From NCBI GenBank assembly GCA_963664815.2, contig CAXXHB010000003.1:288001-352000 (forward strand): a stretch of 64,000 bases of DNA. Direction: 5' to 3'. This document shows positions 61,124 to 64,000 of the stretch, piece after piece; within the stretch, counting starts at the first letter, position 1, and each line of letters starts with the position of its first letter. Position numbers and translations under genes: made by a program. The stretch is from Spirochaetota bacterium (GTDB lineage: Bacteria; Spirochaetota; UBA4802; UBA5550). The notes beneath the pieces are model-generated. The model was not told the origin of the DNA and did no database searches. It saw only the letters and a list, made by a program, of their open reading frames with translations.

Positions 61124-63685
61124 ATGACTATAAAAGCAAAATCTGTTTATTTAATTACATCACTGTTGGTCTTACTGATTTCTGTAACAGTTATTTTTAA
61201 AATTCTTTCATCTGAACCTTCAAAATATGAGGGTAAAATTGTGCGTAAAATAGAATTGGAAGGTCTTAAAAATGTTGATGAGGCTGATATTGAAGAAGTG
61301 ATGCTTACAACAGTCGGGTATCCTCTTAAGGCTGCAGAAGTAAGAGAGGATATAAAAAATATTTTTGCGCTTGGACAATTTGAGAATGTTAATGTTGAAA
61401 TTGATGATTATTCCGACGGAGTAAAACTGAGGTTTGTACTGGAGGAGAGGCCTGTTGTTGAAAAAATCGTGTTTAAAGGTAATGATGAATTAATTGAAAC
61501 AGATTTAATTGAAGCTATGCATTTGAAAGAGGGGAGTATTTACAGAAAGGATTTTCTTGAAAACAGTATAAAGTCTTTAAAAGAAAAATATAATAAAGAG
61601 GGTTATTATAATTCATATATTACCTATAAACTGAAAAAAGGTACGGACACCAATTCAGTGATAATTGATATTATTATTGATGAAGGTGAAGAGGTTAAGG
61701 TTGAGAAAATTGCTATTCTCGGAGCAACGAAGATTTATGTTAAAAAAATCCGGGGACTGATGGATACAAAAGAGGATGCATGGTATCAGGATGGAGCGTT
61801 TAAAAAGGAAGTTTATGAAGAGGATAAAAGAAAAATATTAGGATTTTATCAGCAGGAGGGGTATCTTGACGCCCAGATAATTGATGAAAAAGTTGATTAT
61901 GAATGGACTAATCCACTTGAACCGGGAACCCGTTGTATTTATATTGTTCTGAAGCTTAGTGAAGGTGAGAAGTATTATTTTGAGGGACCGTATGATATAA
62001 AAATCGGAGACGGGAAAAGTAATGTTCTTACTGAAAAAGAAATTGAAAAACTGAAGGAATCATTCCTTTTGAAAGAAAATGGAGAGCTGTTTGATAATAC
62101 AAAGTTTCTTAACGACAGACAGTCTATCAGTTTTCTTTATGCCTCAAAAGGATATATATTTGCAAGGGTTGTACCGAATAAAACAATCACTGAGCGGGAA
62201 GTTGAGGTTAATGGAGTTAAAGAGAAGAGAAAGTTTGTTAAAGTTGATTTTACAGTGGATGAAGGGAAAAAAGCATATATAGAGCAGATAATTATAAAGG
62301 GTAATAAAAAAACAAAAGATAAAGTTATAAGAAGAGAGCTTGCAATAAAGGAGGGGGAACTTTTCAATTCTGAATTGATGCAGATATCACGTGAGACAGT
62401 TTTCAATCTTGGTTATTTTAAACAGGTAAATTTTGATGTAAGGCCTGGAACCAAGGATGGTTATATGAATCTTATAATCGATGTTGAGGAACAGCCGTCA
62501 GGAACAATCTCTATGGGGGGTGGATATGGTTCATCTTCGGGGTTTTCAATCTTTGCAGATATTACTGAAAATAATTTTCTTGGCAATGGACAGACAGTGG
62601 GGGTTAAATTTGAGTATGGTCCTAAAAAGTCATCAGTTACATTGAGCTTCAAAGAGAGATGGCTGCAGGATTATCCGGTGGGATTTAACGCTTCTATTTT
62701 TTATTATGTTTATCAATATACTTCTACCTCCATTTTTGCTGATTCTGATGAAGATGCGAACTATAAAAAGCGCGGTATTGGATATTCACTTGGTTTAAGC
62801 TACAGATTCTGGTATTACTGGGTAACCGGAGTGACATGGGTTCAGACTGTTAAATCATATTTTGATCCATCTGGGAATGCCAATGATGCAATCTTTTTGT
62901 CTGTAGCCCGCGGGTTCCAGTTGAAAAATACACTGAAATATTATGTCTATCGGGATTCAAAAGATAACTACCTTAATCCGACAAAAGGTTTCAGGACAGG
63001 TGTGACTGCAGCTGTTACAGGCGGGCCAGTACTCAGAGGGAATGATCATTTTACTCAATATACTCCGGAATTCTATCTTTATTACTCTCCATTTCATATA
63101 CCGTTTCTTAAATCACATCCCACAGTTATCGAACTCAGGGCAAGCGCTGATTTTATTACTCCTCCCCTGGGTAGAAACTGGGTAAAGGACCATCAAAATT
63201 ATGAAAATAATGAATGGCTTGAATCTGAGGATCGGCTTTCAATCGGCGGGCCTGAAACTGTAAGAGGTTGGGATTATAACGATTCAAGTATGCCTGATTC
63301 ATGGAGATATGTGGGATTGTATAACAGAATTTTATACGGTGGAGAATATCGTATTCCGCTTCATCCGCAGATGCTCTGGGTTTCCGTATTTTTTGATGCC
63401 GGTTCTCTCTGGTCAGATAAATATTGGGAGCAGCAGTTAAGTGATACATATAAAAAATATGTGAATGAAGATCTTGCATCGGGGAAATTAAGAAGAATAA
63501 GCCAGCTGACTGATGGAGATCTTCTCCCGTATTTTATATATTCTTACGGTTTTGGAATTAAAGTACAGGTTCCGATGATGCCATTGAGGTTCTGGTTTGC
63601 AAAAAAAATGATTTATGAAGAAAAGGAATTTAAAACTATAAGTGGATATAATTTCCAGTTTTCCATAGGGGATATACATTACTGA
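61124..63685 (+). CDS. bamA: Outer membrane protein assembly factor BamA
   Basis: Five POTRA-like repeats, GNKKTKDKVIRREL, ENNFLGNGQ, GGPETVRGW, FFDAG and C-terminal FQFSIG. Confidence 0.95.
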   Translation: MTIKAKSVYLITSLLVLLISVTVIFKILSSEPSKYEGKIVRKIELEGLKNVDEADIEEVMLTTVGYPLKAAEVREDIKNIFALGQFENVNVEIDDYSDGVKLRFVLEERPVVEKIVFKGNDELIETDLIEAMHLKEGSIYRKDFLENSIKSLKEKYNKEGYYNSYITYKLKKGTDTNSVIIDIIIDEGEEVKVEKIAILGATKIYVKKIRGLMDTKEDAWYQDGAFKKEVYEEDKRKILGFYQQEGYLDAQIIDEKVDYEWTNPLEPGTRCIYIVLKLSEGEKYYFEGPYDIKIGDGKSNVLTEKEIEKLKESFLLKENGELFDNTKFLNDRQSISFLYASKGYIFARVVPNKTITEREVEVNGVKEKRKFVKVDFTVDEGKKAYIEQIIIKGNKKTKDKVIRRELAIKEGELFNSELMQISRETVFNLGYFKQVNFDVRPGTKDGYMNLIIDVEEQPSGTISMGGGYGSSSGFSIFADITENNFLGNGQTVGVKFEYGPKKSSVTLSFKERWLQDYPVGFNASIFYYVYQYTSTSIFADSDEDANYKKRGIGYSLGLSYRFWYYWVTGVTWVQTVKSYFDPSGNANDAIFLSVARGFQLKNTLKYYVYRDSKDNYLNPTKGFRTGVTAAVTGGPVLRGNDHFTQYTPEFYLYYSPFHIPFLKSHPTVIELRASADFITPPLGRNWVKDHQNYENNEWLESEDRLSIGGPETVRGWDYNDSSMPDSWRYVGLYNRILYGGEYRIPLHPQMLWVSVFFDAGSLWSDKYWEQQLSDTYKKYVNEDLASGKLRRISQLTDGDLLPYFIYSYGFGIKVQVPMMPLRFWFAKKMIYEEKEFKTISGYNFQFSIGDIHY

Positions 63686-63696
63686 TGCGATGCATT

Positions 63697-64000
63697 ATGA
63701 AAATTATTATCATTATTTTCTCTTTGAGTGTTATCTCATGTTCAACAGGAAAAAACGTCTCCACAGATTATGTTATCAGATGTATTAACCTTAATGCTGT
63801 GTATAGCTATATGTATAACAGCAGCAATGAAGCTCAGAATATAAAAAGAAAAACAGATACCATGAATAATAAAATTGAAGAGATCGAAAATTCTGAAGCG
63901 GATGTTCAAAAATCAGAACTTGTTTACTATAAAAGTGAAATTGTAAAATTGAAAGAACAGGAAAAAAAACTTAAAGCTGAATTTTATTTAAAAATTAAAA
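63697..64000 (+). CDS. OmpH/Skp-like protein with a lipoprotein signal (partial, runs off the window end)
   Basis: MKIIIIIFSLSVISCSTG..IRCINLNAVY followed by a coiled coil; 11 nt after bamA. Confidence 0.6.
   Translation, partial: MKIIIIIFSLSVISCSTGKNVSTDYVIRCINLNAVYSYMYNSSNEAQNIKRKTDTMNNKIEEIENSEADVQKSELVYYKSEIVKLKEQEKKLKAEFYLKIK

Overview
AT-rich core-chromosome segment from a diderm spirochete, probably related to the class Leptospirae. The evidence is a clear FcpA homolog, a DUF1577/PilZ-type protein and a spirochete-type HATPase. Anaerobe-like genes (GSIII, glutaconate-type CoA transferase, NifB/NifX plus DUF134, a hydantoinase/HDAC pair) suggest it is not Leptospira itself. I call about 50 CDS. 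They cover housekeeping (gap, tpiA, secG, metK, folK, bamA, glpK, ilvE, sdaA, ino1), Zur-znuACB, a cobalamin riboswitch with btuB, c-di-GMP signalling and envelope enzymes. I found no tRNA, rRNA, CRISPR array or intact mobile element. Best leads: (1) a B12 riboswitch whose expression hairpin hides the SD of an unannotated 13-codon uORF, followed by an anti-SD for btuB (possible riboswitch-to-leader-peptide relay); (2) two convergent microproteins with an identical CxCGY-x16-CxKCG motif; (3) a HyuA-like ATPase paired with an HDAC-fold hydrolase instead of HyuB; (4) a perfect 18-bp palindrome in a 19-bp promoter spacer before the DUF134/NifX pair; (5) an intergenic element of inverted, 11-bp-phased repeats. 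All calls come from manual motif reading; no database searches were run.
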